A DNA stretch of 63,395 bases, counting the filler. It is 5 parts of 5 records of this genome, joined end to end, with 100 filler letters (N's around TTAATTAATTAA, not from the genome) between each part and the next. Parts side by side here need not be neighbours in the genome. Positions count along the whole stretch, not along the records: positions 1 to 16,427 come from SRR31156797_3255; positions 16,528 to 25,367 come from SRR31156797_3256; 3 more parts are not named here. The stretch is one strand, 5' to 3'. Positions 8,343 to 17,225 of the stretch are shown here, in pieces (within the stretch, counting starts at the first letter, position 1; the number at the start of each line of letters is the position of its first letter). Under the pieces are notes generated by a model. The model was not told the origin of the DNA, searched no databases, and worked only from the letters and a program-made list of their open reading frames with translations. The translations under genes and the position numbers were made by a program.

Positions 8343-10707
8343 TTTAACTTTTACATTAAAAGAGATGGAGTCACTTGTAAATGGAAAATGGATAAATCTG
8401 TCCCCCAATCTTTTAATAAACGATTTTGTTCACATACTAAGTCAAGTGAAACAAGGTGATATTTTTGTTGTATCTTATGAATCTTGGTACAATAAAAAAA
8501 ACAGTAATGAAGACGAAATCCCACAAGCAATAAAAAATGGTGCAAGTGCATTATTCGTTGAAGAGCAAACAGATATCTCAAATATCAATATTCCTGTATT
8601 TGTAGTAAAAAACAGTTATGAAGCTTTGAAAAAGTTAGCAAAACACTCTTCTTTGAACTCAAAAGCAAAAAAACTTTTAATAACAGGAAGTTACGGTAAA
8701 ACAGGTTTTAAAAATCATCTTTATACTCTAAGTAATCAAAAAAACATATATGCAAGACTTCATAGTTCTAATAGATTTGCAACAACTTTATGCACTTTAG
8801 TTTCTATAAAAAAAGACACAAAACTTTTTTTAATAGAAGTTCCAATTAGAAGAAAAGATAGAATTCAAAAAAGCTCAAAGTATATTAAACCCAATATGTG
8901 TGTTATCACATCAATTGGACATGAACATATAGAGATACATGGTTCAATAGAAGAGATAATAAGACAAAAATGTTTAGTTGCAAGTAGCTTAAAAGAGGGT
9001 GAAAAAGTTATAATTCCAGGAGATTCTGAGTATACAAAACTTTTAAAAAAAGAGTTGAAAAAATATAAAGGAATAGTAGTTTTAACTTTTGGTGAAAGTG
9101 AAAATTGCAATGCTCAAATCCTTAACAAATATTTTATAGATAACAAATGGGTAATAACTGCAAGAATTGAGTTTGAGATTATTCAGTATGAAGTTCATTT
9201 TGTAGAAGAGCATGCACCTTCAAGTTCTGTTGCAGAACTATTGTGTTTAAAACACATGGGAGAAGATATTTATTCTTGTGCAAATAAATTTATTAAGTGT
9301 AAAAACTATAAAAGTAGTGGAAAACTATACAAAATAGAGTATAAAAACAAAGAGTTACTTCTTTATGACCAAAGCTCTAGAGGTGGAGTTGAAGGTTATA
9401 AATCTTTTTTTAAAACTATAAGAAGACTAGACTTTAAAAAAAACAGTAGAAAAATTGTTTTAAGTTCAGAGTTTGTTGATTTAAAAGATGGAGAGGATAA
9501 GTTTTTAGATATTCAAAGATTCCAAGAGTTGATTACAAAAGCAGAAATAACTCAATTTTATGGAGTTGAAAACTTTAATCATCATGAAGAAGTTATTAGT
9601 GATAAAACCATATATAAAGGTAATTACCCAAATCCAAATGAACTAGCAGAGAGTTTTTTTGATACTTTAAAAGATGGAGATATTATTTGTATAAAAGGTA
9701 TCTTTGAAAGTAATATTAACAAAGTAGTAAAAAAGCTTTTATCTAGTAGTAAACCTTTACCACGATATTTAATAAAAGAGTTTGATACTAACACTTTAAA
9801 AGGGTGTGAGGTTTTAAGTATAAAACATAAAGAGCTTTTTAAAACCTATTTAAAAGAAAAAAAAGTAGCTTTATGGTGTCAGTTTTTCCCTTTCTTATTC
9901 TCTTTTTCAAAATCAAAATCTAAAAAAATCTTAGTAAAAAAAGATGAAAGTTCACTAAGTGTTTTTTACCTAAGAAATATTAATAAAGCAGAAAAAATCT
10001 CTTTACAATTGTTTTTTATCCCTTTTCCTTTTAATTTTGAAGTATTAAAAAAGAGTTTAAATATAGTAAAACAATTTAATAAACAATCCCAAGTTACAGT
10101 AACTTGGTTAGATGATGAAGATATTTCAAATATAAAAAAACATAAAGAGTTTGCAGAAAATATTGAGTTTATACAAAAAGAGTATGAGTTTATTTTTGAT
10201 TCATCGTTATATTATAATCTTGCAGGTGGAAAATTAAGAAGTTTAAGGCAGCAAATAAATTGGGTAAATAGATTAGAAGATGTTAAAATTGTACCTTATA
10301 AAAAAGAATATTTAGATGATGCCTTAAAACTATATGACAAATGGAAAAAGTTTCAAGAAGATAAATATGATTTAATAACAGATGAAAATTATACTAAAAA
10401 TGCATTGTTTTTTTATGAAAGCTTTAAAGATGAATTAAAAGGTTTAGTTGTTTTAATAAAAGGTGAATTAAAAGCTTTTGGTTTTTATGGAAATATAAAT
10501 GAAACTACAATAAATATGTTTATTGCAAAGAGTGATTTAGAAATAAAAGGTTTACAACAGTTCTTAAAATACAATATTTTGTTGAATTCAAAAGATTTAA
10601 TTGTAAATGATGGAAGTGCAGAAAGTCAAGGTTTGTTTGATTCTAAAAAGAAATTAAATCCACTTTTTTTAAAAAAAGTTTATAAAGCAAGATATAATTT
10701 TATTTAA
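8329..10707 (+). CDS. MurF-like Mur ligase fused to DUF2156 (aminoacyl-tRNA-dependent transferase/LPG-synthase C-terminal-like) domain
   Basis: ITGSYGKT P-loop, VITSIGHEHIE, DIICIKG; C-terminal YEFIFD..LAGGKLRSLRQQIN..KGLQQFL..GLFDSKKKLNP. Confidence 0.75.
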   Translation: MSSSNLTFTLKEMESLVNGKWINLSPNLLINDFVHILSQVKQGDIFVVSYESWYNKKNSNEDEIPQAIKNGASALFVEEQTDISNINIPVFVVKNSYEALKKLAKHSSLNSKAKKLLITGSYGKTGFKNHLYTLSNQKNIYARLHSSNRFATTLCTLVSIKKDTKLFLIEVPIRRKDRIQKSSKYIKPNMCVITSIGHEHIEIHGSIEEIIRQKCLVASSLKEGEKVIIPGDSEYTKLLKKELKKYKGIVVLTFGESENCNAQILNKYFIDNKWVITARIEFEIIQYEVHFVEEHAPSSSVAELLCLKHMGEDIYSCANKFIKCKNYKSSGKLYKIEYKNKELLLYDQSSRGGVEGYKSFFKTIRRLDFKKNSRKIVLSSEFVDLKDGEDKFLDIQRFQELITKAEITQFYGVENFNHHEEVISDKTIYKGNYPNPNELAESFFDTLKDGDIICIKGIFESNINKVVKKLLSSSKPLPRYLIKEFDTNTLKGCEVLSIKHKELFKTYLKEKKVALWCQFFPFLFSFSKSKSKKILVKKDESSLSVFYLRNINKAEKISLQLFFIPFPFNFEVLKKSLNIVKQFNKQSQVTVTWLDDEDISNIKKHKEFAENIEFIQKEYEFIFDSSLYYNLAGGKLRSLRQQINWVNRLEDVKIVPYKKEYLDDALKLYDKWKKFQEDKYDLITDENYTKNALFFYESFKDELKGLVVLIKGELKAFGFYGNINETTINMFIAKSDLEIKGLQQFLKYNILLNSKDLIVNDGSAESQGLFDSKKKLNPLFLKKVYKARYNFI

Positions 10708-10751
10708 AGAGATAAATGATAAAGTTATTATTTTAAAATGAAAGGCATAAA

Positions 10752-11771
10752 ATGAGTAATCTATTTTCAAATATTTTAAAAAGTAAGTTTTTATTACTAA
10801 GTATCTTTTTTATTTTTAATCTTTATGGAAATATTGAAGTAAAACTAAACAAGTTAACTGCTACTATCATATTTACAGAGTCTTTGATGGATAAAGCAGG
10901 AAGACCTAAAGAGTTAAAAAAGATATATCTCGAAAGTTATAAAGATGACAATAGATTAAAAAATATTTTAAGAGAAACAAAACCCTTATACAAGAAATTA
11001 AGAGTATCAAAAATCTATAATCACCCAAAAACAGAAAGACTTTTTTCTGCAATTATGATAGAAAGTACATTTACAAATGATATAAATACTTTAGAATCAA
11101 AAATATTAAGTTATAAACTAGCTGTCTCTTCAAAAATGATAAAAAACTATTTCTCTATGCTTAAAGAGTTTGCACCTATTTATGATGAGTTAATTTGGAA
11201 ACCAAATTATCAAAAACTTTCAGAAGCAAAAGCACAAATAGAAGGTTTGATTGAGCAATTAAAAAAATCAAATGTACAAAGAAAAGTAGAAAACTTCTAT
11301 CATATAAAAGAGGGTGAAGCAAGACCTTTTTATGTAAATCTTTATCCTATTCCAAATGCAAAAGGTTTTAAAGCTTTAAGAATAGAAAATACTGCACCAG
11401 TTGGAATCATAATAAACAACAAAAAACTAAACTTAAAATGGTTTTTTAGTGCAGTAATTTTCCACGAGCAATGTCATGAGTATTTTGCACAATATAAAGA
11501 AAACATTAGACAAATGATTAAAAAAAATAAAAAATCAAGTGCAAAAGCATTTTTTAGAACTTTTGATGAAAGCTTACAAACTTCTATAGGTGCAGGATAT
11601 ACATATTATACATTGAGAGGAAAACTTTCTAAAGGTAAATGGTATAATAATAAAGTATATGATAACTTAGCAAAACGAATTCTACGAGAAGTAAGTATTT
11701 ATCTAAATAATAATAAACAAATTGATGAAGAATTTATTAAAAAAACAATTCAAGAATATAAGAAAATTTAA
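10752..11771 (+). CDS. Exported putative zinc metallopeptidase (HEXXH)
   Basis: Signal-like N-terminus; IFHEQCHEYF followed by FDESLQTSIG (possible third-ligand Glu). Confidence 0.55.
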   Translation: MSNLFSNILKSKFLLLSIFFIFNLYGNIEVKLNKLTATIIFTESLMDKAGRPKELKKIYLESYKDDNRLKNILRETKPLYKKLRVSKIYNHPKTERLFSAIMIESTFTNDINTLESKILSYKLAVSSKMIKNYFSMLKEFAPIYDELIWKPNYQKLSEAKAQIEGLIEQLKKSNVQRKVENFYHIKEGEARPFYVNLYPIPNAKGFKALRIENTAPVGIIINNKKLNLKWFFSAVIFHEQCHEYFAQYKENIRQMIKKNKKSSAKAFFRTFDESLQTSIGAGYTYYTLRGKLSKGKWYNNKVYDNLAKRILREVSIYLNNNKQIDEEFIKKTIQEYKKI

Positions 11772-11780
11772 AGGGCAAAA

Positions 11781-13676
11781 ATGAAGCAAACTTTAGAAAA
11801 TATATCAGTTGTAATACCTTGTTATCCACCTGATATAAAGAGTTTAAAAGAGAACTCTATTCCATCATTTAAAAACTCAACTTATAATCCTTTGGAGATT
11901 ATTGTAGCTTTAAGTGAAACAAATGATGAAGATGCCTTAAATTTAGAAAATGAGTTAAATAAACTATACGATTTTAAAATCAAAATATCAAATACCCCAG
12001 AACAAAAATATGCAGGTGAAAATAGAAACAGAGGGGCAGAAATCTCACAAGGTGAGATAATTGTATTTTTTGATTCTGATGATGAAATACATCCTCAAAA
12101 GTTAGAAATCACTGATTATATATTTAAAAAGTATAAACCTAAAATGTTTATGCACCATTGGCAAGGGTATTCAAGAAGATACCAAGAATATGATAAAGAG
12201 AATTTAGAGATAGTAACTTCTGATACTTTGAGTGAATTCACTTATGGAAAAAATGAAAACCCAAAGTGGATATTTGTAGATACTTATGCAAAAAGTGAAT
12301 GGGGACAAAACAAAAGTCATCCTCACCATGGACATGTTGCAATAGAAAGATCTGTTTTTGATGAGATTCAATACACTAACAAAAAAAGAGGTCAAGATGT
12401 TGAGTTTTGTCTAAAAGTTCTTAAAAAATACAATAACACAGTTTTTGCAAATGTAAAACTTGTAAACTATATCATGGACGATAGTAAAAAGATTTTAGAG
12501 CCAATTGTAAAATGGTGGGAAGATGACTATAAAGTTGAAGTAACTGAAATAAAAAATGACCCAAATCATAAGTATGCAATCTTAATGTTAGATGCCTTTA
12601 CTGATGAAAACTATAAACAATACAACGAATATAACTCTTTACTGTCAAAGGCAAGTGCTGATGAAGTATGGTCTTACTATCCAGTTATGGGCAAAAAATA
12701 TAAAGCAGATGATAAACTAGTTAGAAAAGCAAGTGTTATTGAGCCTTATTTACTTTATGAATACTTTAGAGACAACAATATCAAGCATAAAATTTGGTAC
12801 AAAAACTCACTTTTTATTTTAAATGATTCATTATATAGAATCACAAATTATAAGGTTTATAAAGAGGATTTAACAAACCTAAATATAGCTTGTTTAAGAG
12901 AGAGTTGGTCTCATCCATTTTTTGGATTTTTAGAGATAATTTTAGAAAAAGCAAACGGTAAGTTATGTAAACCAAATATGGGAACATTGAGAAATGCTGG
13001 ATGTATGAACAAACTTTATGGTTTAAGGGAGTTATATTCAAAAAGAGATGAATATATACAAGATATTGTAATTCCTTACAATATAGCTCCATATCAATAT
13101 GATGTTTTTTTATCTTTTTTAAGAGATTATTTTGGAAAAGAGTTAGTTTTCAAGATTGATTGTATCCAAGAAGGGCGTGGAGTTATTTTCAAAAACATAG
13201 AAAAGTCACTTCAACTAGATAAAATTGGACCAATTTTAGATAAACAAGGTCAAAAATCAAAAGAGATTTTTATAACACCAGCATTTACTATAGCTGAAGA
13301 GTTTAGGTGTTATTTCACAAAAGATAAACAAAATAATGTAACTGTTTATTCCATAAAACAAAGAAACAACAAATCATCAAAAGAGGAACTTTTCAAAACA
13401 GATAACATCCATATTTATAAAAACATTGATGTTTCATGGAGAGAGATTAAGTTTGGTAGTGATGATTTTATAAAAGCTTCAAATATAGCAAAAGATATGG
13501 TTTCTATGATGACTTATACATCAGGAAGTATTGAGTTTGGTATAACAAAAGAGGGCAAAATTGTATTCTTTGAAGTGAATCAAATGGCAGGACCTTTACC
13601 ATTTGTTGGTGAAGATTTAAAAAATATGAATAAATACTATAAAGCAATTTTTGATCAAATGTTTGAAGATGCATGA
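11781..13676 (+). CDS. GT2 glycosyltransferase fused to C-terminal RimK-like ATP-grasp domain
   Basis: ISVVIPCY, NRNRG, FFDSDD, GQDVEF (GT2); LVFK..QEGRGV..EEFRCY..IEFG..FFEVNQMAG (ATP-grasp). Confidence 0.75.
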   Translation: MKQTLENISVVIPCYPPDIKSLKENSIPSFKNSTYNPLEIIVALSETNDEDALNLENELNKLYDFKIKISNTPEQKYAGENRNRGAEISQGEIIVFFDSDDEIHPQKLEITDYIFKKYKPKMFMHHWQGYSRRYQEYDKENLEIVTSDTLSEFTYGKNENPKWIFVDTYAKSEWGQNKSHPHHGHVAIERSVFDEIQYTNKKRGQDVEFCLKVLKKYNNTVFANVKLVNYIMDDSKKILEPIVKWWEDDYKVEVTEIKNDPNHKYAILMLDAFTDENYKQYNEYNSLLSKASADEVWSYYPVMGKKYKADDKLVRKASVIEPYLLYEYFRDNNIKHKIWYKNSLFILNDSLYRITNYKVYKEDLTNLNIACLRESWSHPFFGFLEIILEKANGKLCKPNMGTLRNAGCMNKLYGLRELYSKRDEYIQDIVIPYNIAPYQYDVFLSFLRDYFGKELVFKIDCIQEGRGVIFKNIEKSLQLDKIGPILDKQGQKSKEIFITPAFTIAEEFRCYFTKDKQNNVTVYSIKQRNNKSSKEELFKTDNIHIYKNIDVSWREIKFGSDDFIKASNIAKDMVSMMTYTSGSIEFGITKEGKIVFFEVNQMAGPLPFVGEDLKNMNKYYKAIFDQMFEDA

Positions 13677-13688
13677 AGGGTGAGTGAG

Positions 13689-15548
13689 ATGGAAGAAACG
13701 ATTTTTATACAAATAGCAAGCTACAGGGATCCAGAGTGTAGAAATACAGTAAAAGATATTTATGAAAAAGCACAAAATCCTGAGAATATTTTTATTGGTA
13801 TTAATTGGCAATACCATGAAGATGATGACTTTGATGCAATATATGAAGACCAACCATATTCTAAAAATGTAAGAATAGCAAGATTTCATTGTACTGAGTC
13901 AAAAGGTGTTTGTTGGGCAAGAGCTGAAACTCAAAAACTATATAAAGACGAGAAATACACTTTACAACTTGATTCACATATGATATTTATCAATAATTGG
14001 GATATAGAACTACTTGCAATGTATAAACAGTTACTTGATAAAGGTATTGAAAAACCAGTTATTTCTCACTATCCACCAAACTATACTTTAGACGGAAAGT
14101 TTGATAACTGGCAAGGTAAAATGGCTCCTTATATTAGAGAGAGTGAAAAGATTATCTATTTTAAATTAACAGGTTACCAAATCAAACAAGATAATTCTCC
14201 TTTGATACCTTCTGCTTGTATTGCAGGGGGAATGTTTTTTGCCGATGCAAGTTGTATAAAAGAGATTCCTTATGACCCAAATATCTATTTTTATGGAGAA
14301 GAGATAACTTTAAGTACAAGATTTTGGACACATGGTTGGGATATTTATAACCCTTCAAAAATTGTATTATGGCATCTTTTTAAATCAGAAGAAAAAAATG
14401 GTACAAAAATAGAAACAAGAAAAATAGATACTCACTGGTACGACCAGCCAGATGAATATGAAAGATTAAATCAGCGTTCTATAAAGAGAACAAGACACTT
14501 TTTTGGTACAGAATTTAGTAACGACAAAGGTGTAACTATTGATTTAGATAAATATAAATTAGGAACAAAAAGAACACTTCATCAATATGAACTTTTTGCA
14601 GGTGTAGATTTTTATCAGTTAGAAAGAACACAGTTTGCATCTTCAGGGATTGTATTTGAAAACAAAGAAGAGAACAAAACTGCATATAAACAAGAAAATG
14701 AATCTTTTTATGAGATAAAAAAATATGATAAAGATAGCATAAAATCAGTTTATGATTTCATCTCTAAGTTAGATATAAAAAAAGTTGCAAGCCTAATTTC
14801 GTATGGGTATGATAACTTTGTAAATATCTACAACAAAGATATTGAATATATTGGGCTTGATTTGTTTGAAAATAATTGTGAACAAAATAGATATTTCTAT
14901 AGACATATAAAAAATGTTTATCATTCTCAAGTAAACTTTTTCAAAGAACCATTGCCTTGTGTTGATTTACTTTTAGCGGTAGATTTATTTGAAAAAATAG
15001 ATAAATATGAGATATCAAAAATTCTTTTAAGTGCTTCAAAATCTGGGATAAAATATGTTGCAACAAGTTTAAATAAAGATGATAAAAAGCTTGATTCTCT
15101 TCCAAATACTTGTTTTTCTATCCCTTTTACAGATAAAAAGGTTTTAAATTTCTGGAATATTGAAGATTTAAAAATTTATTTTTACTATTTAACAGGAAAA
15201 GAAGATTCTTTGAGAAAACAAATTATTCCTGTTTTGAAAAAGCAATTAAAAATTGTTGAAGAGAGTATGAAAGGATTAGAAAAAGATTACAAAAATATTA
15301 TTTTTTATATTTTTAGTTTAAGAAACTCTAAAGAAGCAAGAAAAATATACAATAAACCTGAAGTTCAAGAAAAATTATTATTTGATATGTCAAAGGGAAA
15401 AAATAGTATTAATTATATTTTCAACCTAAGATATTTCTCAAATCTTGATATTATAAATCGAGATTTTCCTTCAATAAAAAAAGAGGATTCAGATTTCGTT
15501 ACATCCCTAATTTGCGAATATTTACGAATTTATTATAAAAGTTTGTAG
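13689..15548 (+). CDS. GT60/'GlcNAc' family (Skp1 Gnt1-like) protein GlcNAc transferase with degenerate SAM-methyltransferase-like C-terminal domain
   Basis: IFIQIASYRDPEC, SKGVCWAR, LQLDSHMIF, PYDPNIYFYGEEI..RFWTHGWDIYNP; C-terminal YIGLDL..VDLLLAVDLF. Alternative GTG start at 13680. Confidence 0.8.
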   Translation: MEETIFIQIASYRDPECRNTVKDIYEKAQNPENIFIGINWQYHEDDDFDAIYEDQPYSKNVRIARFHCTESKGVCWARAETQKLYKDEKYTLQLDSHMIFINNWDIELLAMYKQLLDKGIEKPVISHYPPNYTLDGKFDNWQGKMAPYIRESEKIIYFKLTGYQIKQDNSPLIPSACIAGGMFFADASCIKEIPYDPNIYFYGEEITLSTRFWTHGWDIYNPSKIVLWHLFKSEEKNGTKIETRKIDTHWYDQPDEYERLNQRSIKRTRHFFGTEFSNDKGVTIDLDKYKLGTKRTLHQYELFAGVDFYQLERTQFASSGIVFENKEENKTAYKQENESFYEIKKYDKDSIKSVYDFISKLDIKKVASLISYGYDNFVNIYNKDIEYIGLDLFENNCEQNRYFYRHIKNVYHSQVNFFKEPLPCVDLLLAVDLFEKIDKYEISKILLSASKSGIKYVATSLNKDDKKLDSLPNTCFSIPFTDKKVLNFWNIEDLKIYFYYLTGKEDSLRKQIIPVLKKQLKIVEESMKGLEKDYKNIIFYIFSLRNSKEARKIYNKPEVQEKLLFDMSKGKNSINYIFNLRYFSNLDIINRDFPSIKKEDSDFVTSLICEYLRIYYKSL

Positions 15549-15550
15549 TG

Positions 15551-15569
15551 GAAACTTTATAGAAACTTT
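15551..15569 (+). promoter_or_regulatory. Tandem GAAACTTT direct repeat with 11-bp period upstream of adhesin gene (OmpR/PhoB-type box candidate)
   Basis: GAAACTTT-ATA-GAAACTTT at 15551 and 15562. Confidence 0.4.
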
Positions 15570-15614
15570 TTTTATATATAGTTAAGCTATAGGAATATAC
15601 TTAAAGGCTTAACT

Positions 15615-16427
15615 ATGACACTTATAATCAGACACATTAACGGCGAGATAGAAGAATTAAATGTTACAGGAAATATGGAGATTAAACCTCTTGAAGGGGA
15701 ACAACTATATTTTTTAGGTGCAGATAAATATTCGTTTTCATTAGCAGATGGCGAAGAAACAATCAAACTTAATTTAGTAGAGGGTACACAAAGATTTGAA
15801 ATAACTCTTGACCAGATGGCAGAGTTAATTAAAAACAATAAACCTGATGATATTTTTGCCTTAAATACTGCACTTGGTGTGTCTGCCACAGTTGACGGTG
15901 AAAAAGAGATTATGGATGCTGTTAATAATCCTGACTTCGAAAGTGGAGAGATTATTAATGCATTAAAAGAGAGTCTAGCTTTAAGTACTTTGGCTGATAT
16001 GGATGGGTCAATCATAGATAATTTTGGGTCTTTAGCAGAATATTTAGAGGCTGCAGCAGCTGGTGAAGAGTCAAGTGATGGGTCTTTGTTTATTGAAGAA
16101 GATAGAAATCAAGAGGTAACACCTGCAGAGGAGACTGAGAGAAGCGAAAGAATTGAAACAGAAGAAGATTCAACTACAACAGAAGATACCACGACTACAG
16201 AAGATACCGAAACTACAGAGGATACTGAAACTCCTGAAGATACAGAAACTATAGAAGATACTACTACTGATGAAGATACTACAACTTCTGAAGATACAAG
16301 TTCAGATGAAGATACATCAACAACAGAAGATACAAGCTCTGACGAAGACACAGAAACAATAGAAGATACAGAAACAACTGAAGATACAAGTTCAGATGAA
16401 GATACAGGTACGACTGAAGATACAAGC
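15615..16427 (+). CDS. N-terminal part of a LapA-like/T1SS adhesin (retention region + acidic Thr-rich repeats), truncated by contig end
   Basis: No signal peptide; LEAAAAG resembles the di-alanine LapG cleavage motif; followed by an acidic linker and EDTxxx repeats. Confidence 0.65.
16164..16427 (+). repeat. 18-bp/6-aa tandem repeat (EDTxxx), 14 full units plus a partial one, running into contig end
   Basis: EDSTTT EDTTTT EDTETT EDTETP EDTETI EDTTTD EDTTTS EDTSSD EDTSTT EDTSSD EDTETI EDTETT EDTSSD EDTGTT EDTS. Confidence 0.95.
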
Positions 16428-16527
16428 NNNNNNNNNNNNNNNNNNNNNNNNNNNNNNNNNNNNNNNNNNNNTTAATTAATTAANNNNNNNNNNNNNNNNN
16501 NNNNNNNNNNNNNNNNNNNNNNNNNNN
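16428..16527. other. Artificial contig linker
   Basis: N44-TTAATTAATTAA-N44 (stops in all six frames); composition changes across it. Confidence 0.98.
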
Positions 16528-16971
16528 CGACATTAAATACTTTCTTTTTAGGGTAGCTATGATTTTTGCTTAAAAAATAGAAATCCCCCAGATTTTGGAA
16601 GTGATCCAATTTATTTTCTGGTTAATGTTAAAAGCCGGAATTCTGTTGTAGGCATTTTATCCTTATATATGAATTAGGAAATGAATTCACAATAAATTAT
16701 TATCTTAAAACCTCATGCTCATATTTTATATCTAACTTATGCTCTCTTTTGAATTTCATTCAACCAAAACTTTTCTATACCTGGAAGTGGAGTATATGAT
16801 TATATTTTATGGTAAGTTAGCTTACTAACTGGAGTAAAGACGAAGAGAATACTTATTCTTGCAAGAATAAGTTGAGTTGATGAATATTTCTAAACTTTTT
16901 TTCAAAGTGTAAATTGCTGAAATAGAAAAGATAAACAACTTTGTTAAAGAAAATAATTATTTTTTTGATTG

Positions 16972-17078
16972 AAAGGGTAGGGTAGAAGTTACTTTATCTG
17001 TATTATAATTGTTTTCAGGCAGAGGCCGAAGACTAGAAACAGTTTGGTTAGAATCCGCCCTGTTGGGCGGATTTTTTT
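16972..17078 (+). ncRNA. Candidate Bacteroidota small RNA with AGGCCGAAGAC core and intrinsic terminator
   Basis: TGTATTATAATTGTTTTCAG-GCAGAGGCCGAAGA-CTAGAAACAGTT stem, then AATCCGCCC-TGTT-GGGCGGATTTTTTT terminator; no CDS ends just upstream on this strand. Confidence 0.5.
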
Positions 17079-17225
17079 AGAAAATGTTCCGCAGACAAGC
17101 AACTTTAACAACTCTTAATACATCTTAAGAATTGTTAGGTGGGGTTTTGGGACATTTAGCTGTATTAGTTATAAATTGCGGCTTCGTTTGAGCTGCAAAG
17201 ACAAAAAAACGAATACCTCAAAAGA

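Noticed and set aside
16164-16427. CRISPR-like array
   Set aside because: In-frame 18-bp coding tandem repeat without unique spacers; no cas genes
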